Assembly: GCA_030390025.1 (NCBI GenBank)
Contig: CM059431.1
Coordinates: 151,530,001-151,594,000, forward strand
Direction of reading: 5' to 3'
DNA: 64,000 bases
Origin: Squalus acanthias
Taxonomy: Eukaryota
In this document: positions 39,282 to 51,354 of the stretch, one piece after another
How positions within the stretch are numbered: the first letter of the stretch is position 1
Layout: each line of letters begins with the position of its first letter
The notes under the pieces: model-generated
Databases searched by the model: none
Seen by the model: only the letters and a program-made list of their open reading frames with translations
What the model was told of the DNA's origin: nothing
Program-made: the position numbers and the translations under genes

Positions 39282-41931
39282 AGTGAAGAGATGCATATAG
39301 GCACAGCATATATAGTCAGAGAACACTGCCAGATGATTACAGTTAATCTTTCTAACTGCCCTTTATCACACCTCGGCAGAGAGATAATCAGGACAATCAA
39401 ATGTGTGGATGGTGTCCAAACAGGTCAGTCAGGAACAACATTACATCAAAGACAATGAGGTGGGGTCACAAGGGGTCAAATGTGCAGATGCTGGGGTCTG
39501 TATGGAAAACAAAAAACTTTTTTTGCTGGAAATCACAGCAGGTCCGGCCGCATCTGTGTAGAGAGAACAAGACAACGACGACTCGAGTCTGGATAAATCT
39601 ATGTCAGGTGGGGTTACATGTAGCGTGACATGAACGCAAGATCCCGGTTGAGGCCGTCCTCATGGGTGCCGAACTTGACTATCAGTTTCTGCTCGACGAT
39701 TTTGCGTTGTCGTGTGTCTCGAAGGCAGGCTTGGAGAATGCTTACCCGAAGATCGGAGGCTGAATGTCCTTGACTGCAGAAGTGTTCCCCGACTGGGAGG
39801 GAAGACTCCTGCCTGACGATTGGTGTGTGGTGTCCGTTCATACGTTGTCGCAGTGTCTGCATCGTCTCGCCGAGGTACCATGCTCCAGGGCATCCTTTCC
39901 TGCAACGTATGAGGTAGACAACGTTGGCGGAGTCACATGATTATGTACCATGTACCTGGTGGGTGGTGTCCTCACGTGTGATGATGGTATCTGTGTTGAT
40001 GATCTGGCATGTCTTGCAGAGGTTGCCGTGGCAGTGTTGTGTGGTGTCGTGGTCGCTGTTCTCCTGAACGCTGGGTACTTTGCTGCGAACGATGGTCTGT
40101 TTGAGGTTAGGAGGCTGTTTAAAGGCGAGTAGTGGAGGCGTGCGGATGGCCTTAGCGAGGTGTTCGTCGTCATCGATAACCTGTTGAAGGCTGCGAAGAA
40201 CATGGCGTAGTTTCTCCGCTCCGGGGAAGTACTGGACGAGGTAGGGTACTCTGTTGGTTGTGTCCCGTTTTTGTCTTCTGAGGAGGTCTGTGCGATTTTT
40301 CGCTCTGGCCCGTCGGAACTGTCGATCGACGAGTCGAGCATCATATCCCGTTCTTACGAGGGCGTCTTTCATCGTCTATACGTGTCCATCGCGTTCCTCC
40401 TCGTCTGAGCAGATCCTGTGTATTCGCAGGGCTTGTCCATAGGGGATGGCTTCTTTATCGTGGTTCGGGTGGAAGCTGGAGAAGTGGAGCATCGTGAGAT
40501 TGTCCGTGGGCTTGCGGTAGTGTGAAGTGCTGAGGTGTCCGTCTTTGATGGAGATTCGTGTGTCCAAGAATGAAACCGATTCTGCAGAGTAATCCATGGT
40601 GAGTTTGATGATGGGATCTAACTTGTTGATGTTATGGTTTATTATTTTCAGTGATTATTCGCCGTGGGTCCATAGGAAGAAAATGTCGTCGATGTACCTG
40701 ATGTATAGCGTTGGTTGGAGGGCCTGTGCAGCGAAGAAGTCTTGCTCGAACTTGTGCATGAAGTTGTTGGCATATTTGGGGGCGAATTTGGTCCCCATGG
40801 CTGTTCCGTGTGTTTGGGTAAAAAACTGTTTATCGGAGGTGAAGACATTGGGGTCAAGGATGAAGCGGATGAGTTGTAGGATGGCGTCTGGAGATTGGCT
40901 GTTGTTGGTGTTGAGTACTGAGGCTGTCGCAGCGATGCTGTCATCGTGGGGGATACTGCTGTAGAGTGCCGTGACGTCCATCGTGGCGAGGACTGTTCCT
41001 GGTTAAAATCGTCCGTGGGTGCTGAGTTTCTGTAAGAAGTCTGTAGTGTCGTGACAGAAGCTGGGGGTTCCCTGTACGTTGGGTTTCAGGATGCTGTCGA
41101 CGTATCCAGAGAGGTTCTCACACAGGGTTCCGTTGCCTGATACGATAGGACGTCCGGGTGTGTTGGCTTTGTGTATTTTTGGGAGGCTGTAGAAGTCTCC
41201 CACGCGGGGAGTACGTGGGATGACAGCGCGTAGGATGCTTTGAAGGTCTGGTTCGAAGGTCTTGATCAGTCTATTGAGTTGGCGGGTGTGTTATTTGGTC
41301 GCATTTCCAGTTAATGTCTGTAGTCTTCCTGTTTGTCCAGTTGTCGGTATGCTTCTTTGCAATAGTCCATTCTGTTCTGTATGACGATGGCTCCTCCTTT
41401 GTCCGCTGGTTTGATGATGATGTTGCGGTTGGTCTTGAGAGCGTGGATGGCGTTGCGTTTTGCTTGGGTGGCATTCTGGACGGTCTTGTGAGTGCGGCTG
41501 ATGAATCTGGCTTTGATACATCTCCGGACAGCTTGAGCATACATTTCAAGCTTAGGGCAGCGACCCTCCGGAGGGGTCCAAGTTGACTCTTTCTTCTTCG
41601 GTTGCTGCACTGCGGGACCCTCAGTCTGCTGTTCTGGATCATTGATTGTCTCATTCGGTTCGCTGCTGACATCTTGGGATTCGTGGAAGAATTCCCGGAG
41701 CGTCATTCCCCTGATCAATTCCTCTGTGTCTGCCGCGAGACCGATGGGGTCCACCTCATTGTCTTTGATGTAATGTTTTCCTGACTGACCTGTTTGTACA
41801 CCATCCACACCTTTGGTTGCCGTGATTATCTCTCTGCCGAGGTGTGATAAAGGGCAGTTGGAAAGATTATCTGTAATCATCTGGCAGTGTTCTCTGACTA
41901 TATATACTGTGTCTATATGCATCTCTTCACT

Positions 41932-41968
41932 TCACGTGACGAAGGAGCAGCGCTCCGAAATCTTGTGA
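41932..41968 (+). ncRNA. Mutated hammerhead motif in the inverted pLTR
   Basis: UCAC-GUGACGA-A-GGAGCAGCGCUCC-GAAAUCUU-GUGA: C-to-G change in the core and a broken stem III palindrome. Confidence 0.65.
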
Positions 41969-42018
41969 TTTCAGTTAAAGCTGTTGGACTATAACCTGGT
42001 GTTGTGCGACTTCTCACT

Positions 42019-42268
42019 ATAATTGATAAGACATGAGAATAATTGATAATACAAGCTTCCTTATTGATAGGACACACCTGATAATTGATACTGCATTCTT
42101 GTTGATTGATCGGACATGCTTGGTAATTGCTAGTACAAGCTTGATAATTGATACGACACGCTTGATAATTGTTAAGACATGGAGGATACTTGATAACACA
42201 TGCGTAATAAGTGCTAGGACTTGCATGATAATTGACAATACAAGCTTAATAATTGATAGGACATGCAT
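42019..42268. repeat. 21-bp minisatellite, right part
   Basis: 7-aa periodicity (LIIDRTC) in ORF 42033-42422. Confidence 0.88.
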
Positions 42269-43200
42269 GAGGGAAGAATATAGTGAGGAATATCCAGTTT
42301 TGGATGAATTCACACCCTCGGTCCACAGAGAGAGCATTTGTTTAATCGTTTTTGTTATGTGGGCGTCGCTAGTAAGGCCCGCACTTATTGCAAATTCCGA
42401 TTTGCCCTTGAGAAGGTGGTGATGAGCCGCCTTGTTGAACCGCTGCAGTCCGTGTGGTGAAGGTACCGCCACATTGCTGTTAGGGAGGAAGTACCAGCAT
42501 TTTGAATCAGCGACGATGAAGGATCGACAATATACTTCTAAGTCAGGATGGTGTGTGACTTAAAGGGGAACTTGGAGGTGGTGGTGTTCCCATGCCCCTG
42601 CTGCCCTTGTCCTTCTAGGTGGAAGATATCGCGGGTTTCGGAGGTGATGCCGAAGAAGCCTTGGCGAGATGCTGCAGTGCATCTAGTTGCTTTTACACAC
42701 TGCAGCCATGGCATGCCGATGGTGGAGGGACTGAATGTATAAGAATCTGGATGGGGTGCCAATCAAGCGGGCTGCTTTGTCCTGGATGGTGTCCAGCTTC
42801 TTGAGTGTTGCTGGAGCTGCACTCATCCAGGCAAGTGGAGCATATTTCATCACACTCTTTACTTGTGCATTGTTGATGGTGGAAAGACTTTGGGGAGTCA
42901 GGAGGTCAGACACTCGCCGCAGAATACCCAGCCTCTGACCTGCTCTTGTTGCCACAGTATTTAGGTGGCTGGTCCAACTAAGTTTCTGGTCAATGGTGAC
43001 CCCAGGATGTTGATGGTGGGGGATTTGGCGTTGGTAATACCGTTGAATGTCAACGGGAGGTGGTTAGAATCTCGATTGTTGAAGATAGCCATTTCCTGGC
43101 ACTTGTGTTGCATGAAAGTTACATGCCACTTATCAGCCCAAGCCTGATCCTCGCCCAGGTCTTGTTGCATGCGGCCATGGACTGTTTCATTATTTGAAGA

Positions 43201-44130
43201 AAACCAAAGCAAAATATGCAGATGCGGGAAATCTGAAATAAAAACAAAAAATGCAAGAAATACTCAGCAGATCAGGCAGCATATGTGGAGTTCAGTCCTC
43301 TAACACCCAAAACATCACTTTCCCTTCGCCCGGCACCTTCACGTGCAAGCGCAGGAGATGCAACACGTGCCCTTTTACCTTCTGCCTTCCCACTCTCCAG
43401 TGCCCCAAACATTCCTTCCAAGTGTAACAGCGATTTACTTGTACTTTTTGCAATTTTGTATACTGTATTCACTGCTCACGATGCGGTCTCCTCCACATTA
43501 TGAGAGCAAACGCAGATTGGGTGACCGCTTTGAGGAAAACCTCCGTTCAATCCGTAAGGGTGAGCCCGAGCTTCTGGTCACCTGCCACTTTAATCCGCCG
43601 CTCCACTCCCACTCTGACCTCTCCGTCCTCGGCCTCTTACACGTTTCCAATGAAGCTCAACGTAAGCTCGAGGAACAACACCTCATCTTTCGATTAGGCA
43701 CTTTTTAGCCTTCTGGACTCAACCCCGAGTCCAACAAGTTCACGCCATTACCTCTGCCCCGATCTTTTTTTTCCAGTTCTTTTCTCTCTCTCACATGGCA
43801 GCTGTCGATCATTCAGCCATTGCCATTTACACTTCATCTAGAGCCATCTGTTGATTCTTAACTTGACCCTTTACCATTTTCTTTTGCCTTGCACCATCAT
43901 CCCTTTTGTTTCAATCTCTCCTGCCTTCCACCCTATCACAGACCTTCCCTTTCAGTCTTTCCTCCGTTCCCCCCTTTCCCTGGCTCTACACGAGCTTAAA
44001 AACCTGTCCAATCTCCAGATTTTTCCAGATCTGATGAAGGCTCATCGAACTGAAACGTTAACTCTGTTCCTCTCTCCACAGATGCTGCCTGACCTGCTGA
44101 ATATTTCCAGCGTTTTCTGTGTTAATTTTA
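43201..44130 (+). mobile_element. Second-family Penelope-like element, 3' part (GIY-YIG) with inverted termini
   Basis: ORF 43343-43708 (KRRLGDRF..., AQRKLEEQHLIFRLGT). ~43235-43290 is the reverse complement of ~44074-44128. 13-bp TSD CATTATTTGA(A/G)GA at 43188-43200 / 44131-44143. Confidence 0.88.
44026..44063 (+). ncRNA. Degenerate minimal hammerhead motif
   Basis: CUGAUGA-AGGCUCAUCGAACU-GAAACGUU-AACU: core boxes and AACGUU palindrome present, stems imperfect. Confidence 0.55.
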
Positions 44131-45646
44131 CATTATTTGAGGAGTTGTGAATGGTGCTCAACACTGTGCAGTCATCATCAAACATCTCCATATCTGACCT
44201 TATGTTGGAGGGACGGTCATTGATGAAGCAGCTGAAGATGTTTGGGGCTGGGACACAGCCCTGAAGAACTCCTGCAGCGATATCCTGGGGCTGTGATGAT
44301 TGACCTTGAAACACCACAATCATCTTCCTTTGTGCTAGGCTAGGTATGACTCCAGCCAGTGCAGCATTTTCCCCCGATTCCCATTGACTTCAGTTTTACT
44401 CGGGATCCTTGATGCCACAATCGATCAAATGCTGGCTTGATATCAAGGGCAGTCACTCTCCCCTCACCTCTGGAATTCAGCTCCATTGTCCTTGTTTGGA
44501 CCAAGGCTGTAGTGACATCGGGAGCCGAGTGGTCTTGGCGGAACTCAACCTGGGTATCAGTGAACAGGTTATTGGTGAGTAATTGCCGTTTGATACTACT
44601 TTCGTTGACACCTTCCATCACTTTGCTGATGATTGAGATTTGACTGATGGGGGTTTAATTGTCCGGGATTGGATTTCTCCTGCTTTTTGTGGACAGGACA
44701 TACTTGAGCAGTTTTCTACATTGCCGGCTAGATGCCAGTGTTGTAGCTGTACTGCCACGGCTTGGCTAGAGGCGCGGCTAGTTTGGAGCACAAGTCTTCA
44801 GCACGACAGCCGGGATGTTGTCGGGGCCCACAGCCTTTGTTTTATCCAGTGCGCTCAGCCATTTCTTGATATCACGTGGAGAGAATCGAATTGGCTGAAG
44901 ACTGGCTTCTGTGATGGTGGGCACATCAGTAGTAGGCCGATATGGATCATACACTCGGCACTTCTAGCAGAAGATGGTTGCAAACGCTTCAGCCTTGTCT
45001 TTTGCACTCACGTGCTGGGCTCCACCATCATTGAGGATGGGGATATTCATGGAGACTCCTCCTTCAGTTAGTTGCTTAATGGTCCACCACCATTCACGAC
45101 TGGAAGTAGAAGGACAGCAGATCTTTGATCTGATCTGTTGATTGTGGTATCTCTTAGCACTGTCTGGCAGCCACATAAAACAAAACACTTTAAAGATTGT
45201 GGATTTGGTGCGGCGTTGGGAAAGCGTCTTTGTGAAGTGATGCCTGGTGGAGGCAGTGAGTGTGGGTGTGTGAGAGAAATTCGCTGCACAGACGGGATTA
45301 CTGCAGAAGGAAAGGCAGAATGTGAACGATGTAATTCTCCCTGTTAGCCACGGTATGTCGCAGTTGCTATCAAACATGTGAGCCAGGATATCTCAGTCGC
45401 ACTGTGGGTGCAGGGTTCAAGTTCCTGCTCGGGCGTTGGGTTTAAATCAGAATTCGCAATGCCCTCTCGTGCAACCCCATGTCGGTGCTTTAAGGCCCAT
45501 TGAGTGGTGTGGTCGAGATGATTTATTCTTACTTTCGTGCAGTCTCGTGAAGCACGAGTATATCAAGCTGATCTTTACTGCTGTCTCAACAAAACGTATT
45601 AATATGTGCTAAACGTCTCCACAACATCTGATTGTTCAAATATAAT

Positions 45647-46387
45647 GGCCCAGAAATTGATCTCGCTCTGTTCCCGCGGGGGTAAGGAGCAGGCGCGATC
45701 TCTCACTCCGCGTTGGCTTTTTCAGATCCAGCTCGCACGAACTTGATGTACCAGACATCAGCTGAGCAGTGCTTGCGTATCCCACCGGCGTAGTGAATTC
45801 GTGCAAGCTGTGGGATCACGTGACTCAGTTACAGCCAATGGCAGCACACCATCTTCCATTCATAAGTTTTACATACGTGCTGTGAAAGCTATGAATCTTA
45901 CACCCCCCCAAAATAACAGCTAAACATCAATTAAATAAAAAAAAACCATCACATTAATAAAATAAGTATAGTTAAATAAATTAACCATTTTAAATAAAAA
46001 ATAAAATTTTTGAAAAAAATTAAAATCTTTTAAAAAGTTATAAAAATAAACTTACCTGTCTTTAAAGTCTCTGAAAAAGATATATCTGTTAAAAAAAATT
46101 CAAAAAAATACTTAATTCACTACTTACCTTGTTAAAAGTGGGTCTTACTCCTCCTTTTTCCATTTCTAAAATCTTCCGTCCTTACCTGCGCGTCCAAAGC
46201 ACTAAGAGCACAGCGTGCGCGCAGCCTGTAGCGCGCACGCGATGCACCGAGGAACCGCCCCCTTTTCCAAAGACCAAGTACCGGTTTTCAGCGCATGCGC
46301 AGGGCATGCAGAAAACCGGCAATTGGAGAGAGAATACGCGAGAGTACGCAGTGCGTACTCTCGCGCAGCGGGATCAATTTTTGGCCC
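45647..46387. mobile_element. MITE copy 3 (diverged subfamily), independent insertion
   Basis: 21-bp imperfect TIRs GGCCCAGAAATTGATCTCGCT / AGCGGGATCAATTTTTGGCCC. Perfect 3-bp TSD AAT. Interior collinear with copies 1 and 2. Confidence 0.9.
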
Positions 46388-46797
46388 AATGTTTAAAAAT
46401 TATTTTCTTAATGTATTTCCAAAGTATGCAAACAAACTTGACTTTTCTGATCGTTTATTTTCTAATGGCAGTGCTTTCAAGTGATATTTGTCGCTCTATT
46501 ATTGGATTTATTCGACATTAAACTGGTTAACAGCATTCTGATCATTACTTTGCACCATGCAATCATTCCTTTACTAGTTTTAGCTGCAGAAATTAAAATC
46601 ATCATGAAAGACATCAACAACATTGCTATTATACTGTGATACTGTATAATCTTTCACCATTTATTAGATTCAGAAATTAATGTTCATTATATCGCACATG
46701 ACATATGTTAATCTATTAAACTTCAAAAACTGTTCAAGAAATTACATCCTTAAATTCTTCCACGAATAATGAATCCACAAATAATCTATATAGGATC

Positions 46798-47168
46798 CTA
46801 GAATCGTAGAAACCGACAGCACAGAAAGTGGCCAATCAGCCCATCGTGCTTGCGTTGGCTCTTATAAAGAGCAGTCGTACTTTGTCCCATAAGAACATAA
46901 GAAAACAATAATTTGGAGCAGGTGTAGGCTAATCGGCCCCTCGAGCCTGCTACAAAATTCAATAAGATCATGGCTGATCTTCTACCTCCTCTCCACTTTC
47001 CTGTAATATCCCCATATCCCTTGATTCCGTAAATATTCAAAAATCTATCGATCACATTCTTGAATATACTCAACGACTGAGCCTCCACAGGACTCTGGGG
47101 TAGAGAATTCCAAAGATTTAACAACCTCTGAGTGATGAAATTTCTCCTCATCTCTGTCCAAAATGGAC
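46798..47168 (-). mobile_element. CR1 3' end fragments
   Basis: MRRNFITQRLLNLWNSLP, 3' UTR and CATAAGAA tail repeats. Confidence 0.85.
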
Positions 47169-47674
47169 GACTGTAAGAGTAAAAATTATAGGGCTTAAAG
47201 CAACAATGTAAAAGTTAAAGAATGTAAAAGTTAAAGCAACAATGTAAAAGTTAAGGTAAATTCTTATAGACAGAATGGTTTCGCTGACACAGTGCGATGA
47301 GTAATGTCTGTGGTCAACATGTGAACGTGCGAGGCCCACCAAGATAATAATAGTAACAACGGTTACACTTGAGAACCAATCACCGCATGACCAACCAGTC
47401 CGATTTGACAAAGCTGACACCACATTTCGATGTTTATAGTTTCGATAGGTAAGGAACATTTTTTTTGTATAGCTTAAAAGTGCAGTTTATAATTAGAAGT
47501 CTGTTGCTGGGGCAACGAGATTGGGTGAAGACATTTGTATGTAATTAATTACGCTCCAATCCTATAATGTATAAAATAAGTTCCGGTATCACTGTAAGAT
47601 CGAGAAGTGAATCACTAGATCGCGGGGTCTATGACACTTCTCCAAGATTAAAAAATTCATTACACTTTTTAACG

Positions 47675-48025
47675 GTGCTAAAAATAAACTTACCTTTCTT
47701 TAAAATATGTAAAAAAGATAAACCTGTTGCAAAATTTTTTTAATTGTACTTAATTCACCACTTACCTTGTTAAAAGCAGGCCTTGTGCCTCCTTTTTCCC
47801 TGCACAGCTTCTCCGTACTTACCCTCACGGAAAAACATGAAAAAAAACCCGAAGTTCGAGATCTACGCACTGCCTCGCCGGTGCACGCGATCGACCTCTG
47901 AACCCCTTCCATGAGGGGAACGGAAGTTGCGGTTTCCAGCGCATGTGCAGTGCATGTGCGAAACCGGCACTTTCGTTGGGTCTGCAGGTGAGTACCCAAC
48001 CCGTGAAGACCAGAATTTCTGGCCC
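47675..48025. mobile_element. MITE copy 4, right half only
   Basis: Homologous to ~3590-3946 and ends AATTTCTGGCCC. Left TIR not found. Confidence 0.78.
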
Positions 48026-48744
48026 ATGATTTAAAGTTCCCTTCCTAATAATAATGTCTGTCTATTAATAAATTGAATATCTTAATTATATGTGCACTTC
48101 CTGTCTACAAATCCTCAATATATCCTTTCAAGTTTGTTTCACTCTTTCGTGTCGAATATTTCGCTCATTTTAAAATGTCTTGCCCACATTAAGGACCGAA
48201 ACGGCCCCTGCAGACCGGTCACTGTGTAATTGCGCTCGGTCGCCAGTGGTGACGCTGTAGAGTTTCAATTTCGCATCTTCCCTCGGAGTCAGAAGCGCTG
48301 AACCGCAATGCCGGACTTCATCAGAAATATGGGTTGAGTCATCAGTGTAGGAGTGAGAGAGTGCAACATTGTTAGAGACACTCTCCGTTGAATGAAACTT
48401 TAAAAGCGGAAGCTATCTGACCAGTAACAGTGTCTGTGTGGGAGAAATGTGAGCCGCTGAAAGCTGTTGCACAGAATTCTCTGCACGAACAAACATAGCT
48501 CAGGTGGAAAAGTATGAGACTTTTAATCTGATGGATCCAGGTTTAAAGTCCTTGTACACGTGCTGCTTTTTAACAGTGCCAGATTTTATTGGTTCAGGAG
48601 ACAATGAGGGACGGAATTGATGGGGAGACAAGTGCCTGCAACTTTCGCAACAAGATTACAGAAGAAATACAGATAACCACCATTATAAAGCCCTTCATTT
48701 TTCTACACTAAATTTATGATGAAACATTACAAAACATTTGTTCG

Positions 48745-49270
48745 GCCTCAACTGAAACATTGTGTCCAATACTGGGAACGGCACTTTAGGAAGGATGTCA
48801 ACGTTTTGGAGGGTTCTGGAAAGATTGACAGGAATGGTTCCACAGATGACCGACTTCTGTTACGTGGATAGACTGGAGAAGCTGGGGTTGTTCTGCTTCC
48901 AGCAGAGAAGGTTGAGAGGAGATTTGATAGACGTGTTCAACATCATGAGGGGTGTAGACAGTGCTGATAGAGAGGAACTGGTTGCATTGGCAGAAGGGTC
49001 CAGAACCAGGGGGCACAGATTTAAGGTGATTGGCAGAAGAACCAAAGACGACATGAGGAAAGTTCTTTTTTTACACAGCGAGAGGTTAGGATCTGGAATG
49101 CACTGCCTGAGAGAGTGGTGGAGGCAGATTGAATGGTTGCGTCAAAAACGGAATTTAAGAAGTAGCTCAAGGGAAAAACTTGTAGGGCTATGAGGAAAGG
49201 GAGGAGGAGTGGGATCAGCTGACGTGCTGTTGCAAGGAGCCGGCACGGGCCTCCTTCTGTGGTGTAATGA
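48745..49270 (+). mobile_element. CR1 3' fragment
   Basis: RRLRGDLIDVFNIMRG...TRGHRFK followed by 3' UTR. Confidence 0.88.
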
Positions 49271-49299
49271 GTCTCCGAACAAATATCCGCAGCATAACA

Positions 49300-51250
49300 A
49301 AGACCACCTATTTCCACCTACGTAAAATCTCTCGTCTCTGCCCTTGCCTCAGCTCATTTGCTGCTAAACACTAAACCATGCCTTTCTTATATCTAGACTT
49401 ATTTATTCCAACGCACTCCTGGCTGGCCTCCCACATTCTACCGTACAGAAACTTGAGGTCATTCAAAACTCTGCTGCCTGTGTCCTAACACGCACCAAGT
49501 CTCGCTCCCCCATCACTCCTGTGAGTGAAAAATCACGGGATTGGGGGTAATATTCTGGCATGGATAGAGGATTGGCTATCTAACAGAAGGCAGAGAGTTG
49601 GGATAAATGGTTCATTCTCAGACTGGCAATCAGTAACTAGTGGAGTTCCGCAGGGGTCAGTGCTGGGACCCCAACTCTTTACAATCTTTATTAATGATTT
49701 GGAGGAGGGGACCGAGTGTAACATATCAACGTTTGCAGATTGCAAAGATGGGAGGGAAAGTAGTGAGTGAGGAGGACATAAAAATTCTGCAAGGGGACAT
49801 AGACAGGCTAAGTAAATGGACAGAGATTTGGCAGATGGAATACAATACTGGAAAGTTTGTGGTTTTGCACTTTGGCAGGAAAAATAGTAGAGCAAGTTAT
49901 TATCTTAATGGCAAGAAACTGGAAAGTACTGAAGTACAAAGGGATCTATGGGTTCCAGGTGCACGAAACTCAAAAGGTGAGTATGCAGGTGCAGCAAGTG
50001 ATTAAGAATGCCAATGGAATGTTGGCTTTCATTGCTAATGGGATAGAATATAAAAATAGGGAGGTATTGCTTCAGTTGTACAAGGTATTGGTGAGACCGC
50101 ACCTGGAATACTGCATGCAGTTTTGGTGTCCATACTTAAGAAAATACATACTTGCTCTCGAGTCAGTACAAAGAAGGTTCACTCGGTTAATCCCGGGGAT
50201 GAGGGGATGGACATATGAGGAGAGGTTGGGTAGATTGGGACACTACTCATTGGAGTTCAGAAGAATGAGAGGCGATCTTATTGAAACATATAAGATTGTG
50301 AATGGGTTGGTTCGGGTGGATGCGGGGAGGATGTTCCCGATGATGGGTGAAATTAGAACTCGGTGGCATAGACTTAGAATAAGGGGCTGCTCTTTCAAAA
50401 CTGAGATGGGAAGGAACTACTTCTCTCAGAGGGTGGTAGGTCCATGGAATATGCTGCCCCAAAAAGCTATAGAAGCTACATCATTACATAAATTTTAAAC
50501 AGAAAGAGACAGTTTCCTTGAAGTAAAGGGAATTAAGGGTTACGGGGAGCGGTCAGGAATTTGGACATGAGTCTATGTTCGGATCGGTCATGGCCCTGTG
50601 GGTAGCGTAGCGGGCCCAGGAGCCGAGTAACCTGATTCTGCTCCTATTTCGTGTGTCCAATTCTGTTAGGTTCAGGAGATGGTTCTGTGATAGCAGATTG
50701 GCGGATAGGATCAGATCAGCAATGCTCTTATTGAATGGCGGAGCAGACTCGAGGGGCCAATTGCCCTAATCCTGCTCCTATTTCTTATGTTCTTATGTTA
50801 TTATGTGCTCATTGACCAACACTGGCTCCCCATTAAGCAATGCCTCATTTTCAAAGTTCTCATCCTTGATTTCAAATCCCTCCATGGCCTCGTACCTTCC
50901 CATCACTGCTATCTCGTTCAGCCCCACAACCACCCCAGATATCTGCGCTCCTCTAATTCTGCCCTCTTCAGCATCCGTGATTGTAATCGCTCAACCATTG
51001 GTGGCCGTGCCTTCTGTTGCCTTGGCCTTAAACTGTGAAATTCCCTGCCTAAACCTCTCTGCCTCGCGAACTCTCTTTCCTCCTTTAAGATGCTCCTTAA
51101 AACCTACCTCTTTGAACACGCTTTTGGTCAGCTGCCCTAATTGCTCATGTGGCTCGGTGACAAATGTTTTGTCTTATAATTCTCCTGTGCAGCGCCTTGG
51201 GACGTTTTACTACGTTAAAAATGCTATATAAATACAAGTTGTTGTTTTTC
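49300..51250 (+). mobile_element. L2-type LINE 3' fragment, split by a CR1 insertion
   Basis: The reading IQNSAACVLTRTKSRSPITPV (to 49523) continues as LIDQHWLPIKQ...GGRAF (from 50808). Ends CTATATAAATACAAGTTGTTGTT. Confidence 0.82.
49524..50803 (+). mobile_element. 5'-truncated CR1 LINE
   Basis: [22 protein letters not shown] motifs; (TTCTTATG)n tail; TGTG on both flanks. Confidence 0.93.
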
Positions 51251-51354
51251 TTGTTTTTGTAACCATTCCCTGATTCTATGATAAAGGAAACGTTATCGGT
51301 TATTTAAGCTGGGGCGTCTCATTCCAGTACCTGCAGTGTAAGGCAGTTAATGCT

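Larger units (their letters stand above)
39158..42018 (-). mobile_element. Penelope-like retroelement (RT plus GIY-YIG), 5'-truncated and frameshifted, with inverted pLTRs
   Basis: Minus ORFs: IIIKPADKGG, FYSLPKIHK..PGRPIVS, DVTALYSSIP, GTAMGT, YIRYIDDIF, FLD, and a CxxC/GIY-YIG-type C-terminus ending DGLNRD. 39197-39463 is the reverse complement of 41751-42016. Confidence 0.93.
42330..45160 (-). mobile_element. LINE family B (RT plus 3' end), interrupted at 43201-44130
   Basis: Minus ORFs contain KLDTIQDKAARLIGTPS, DIKPAFDRLWH and FDDD. Collinear with 36801-37990. Confidence 0.9.

Noticed and set aside
47170..47670. Unassigned segment with a short tandem duplication, CCAAT and TATA-like motifs
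   Set aside because: Possibly an LTR fragment, but boundaries and TSD could not be defined.
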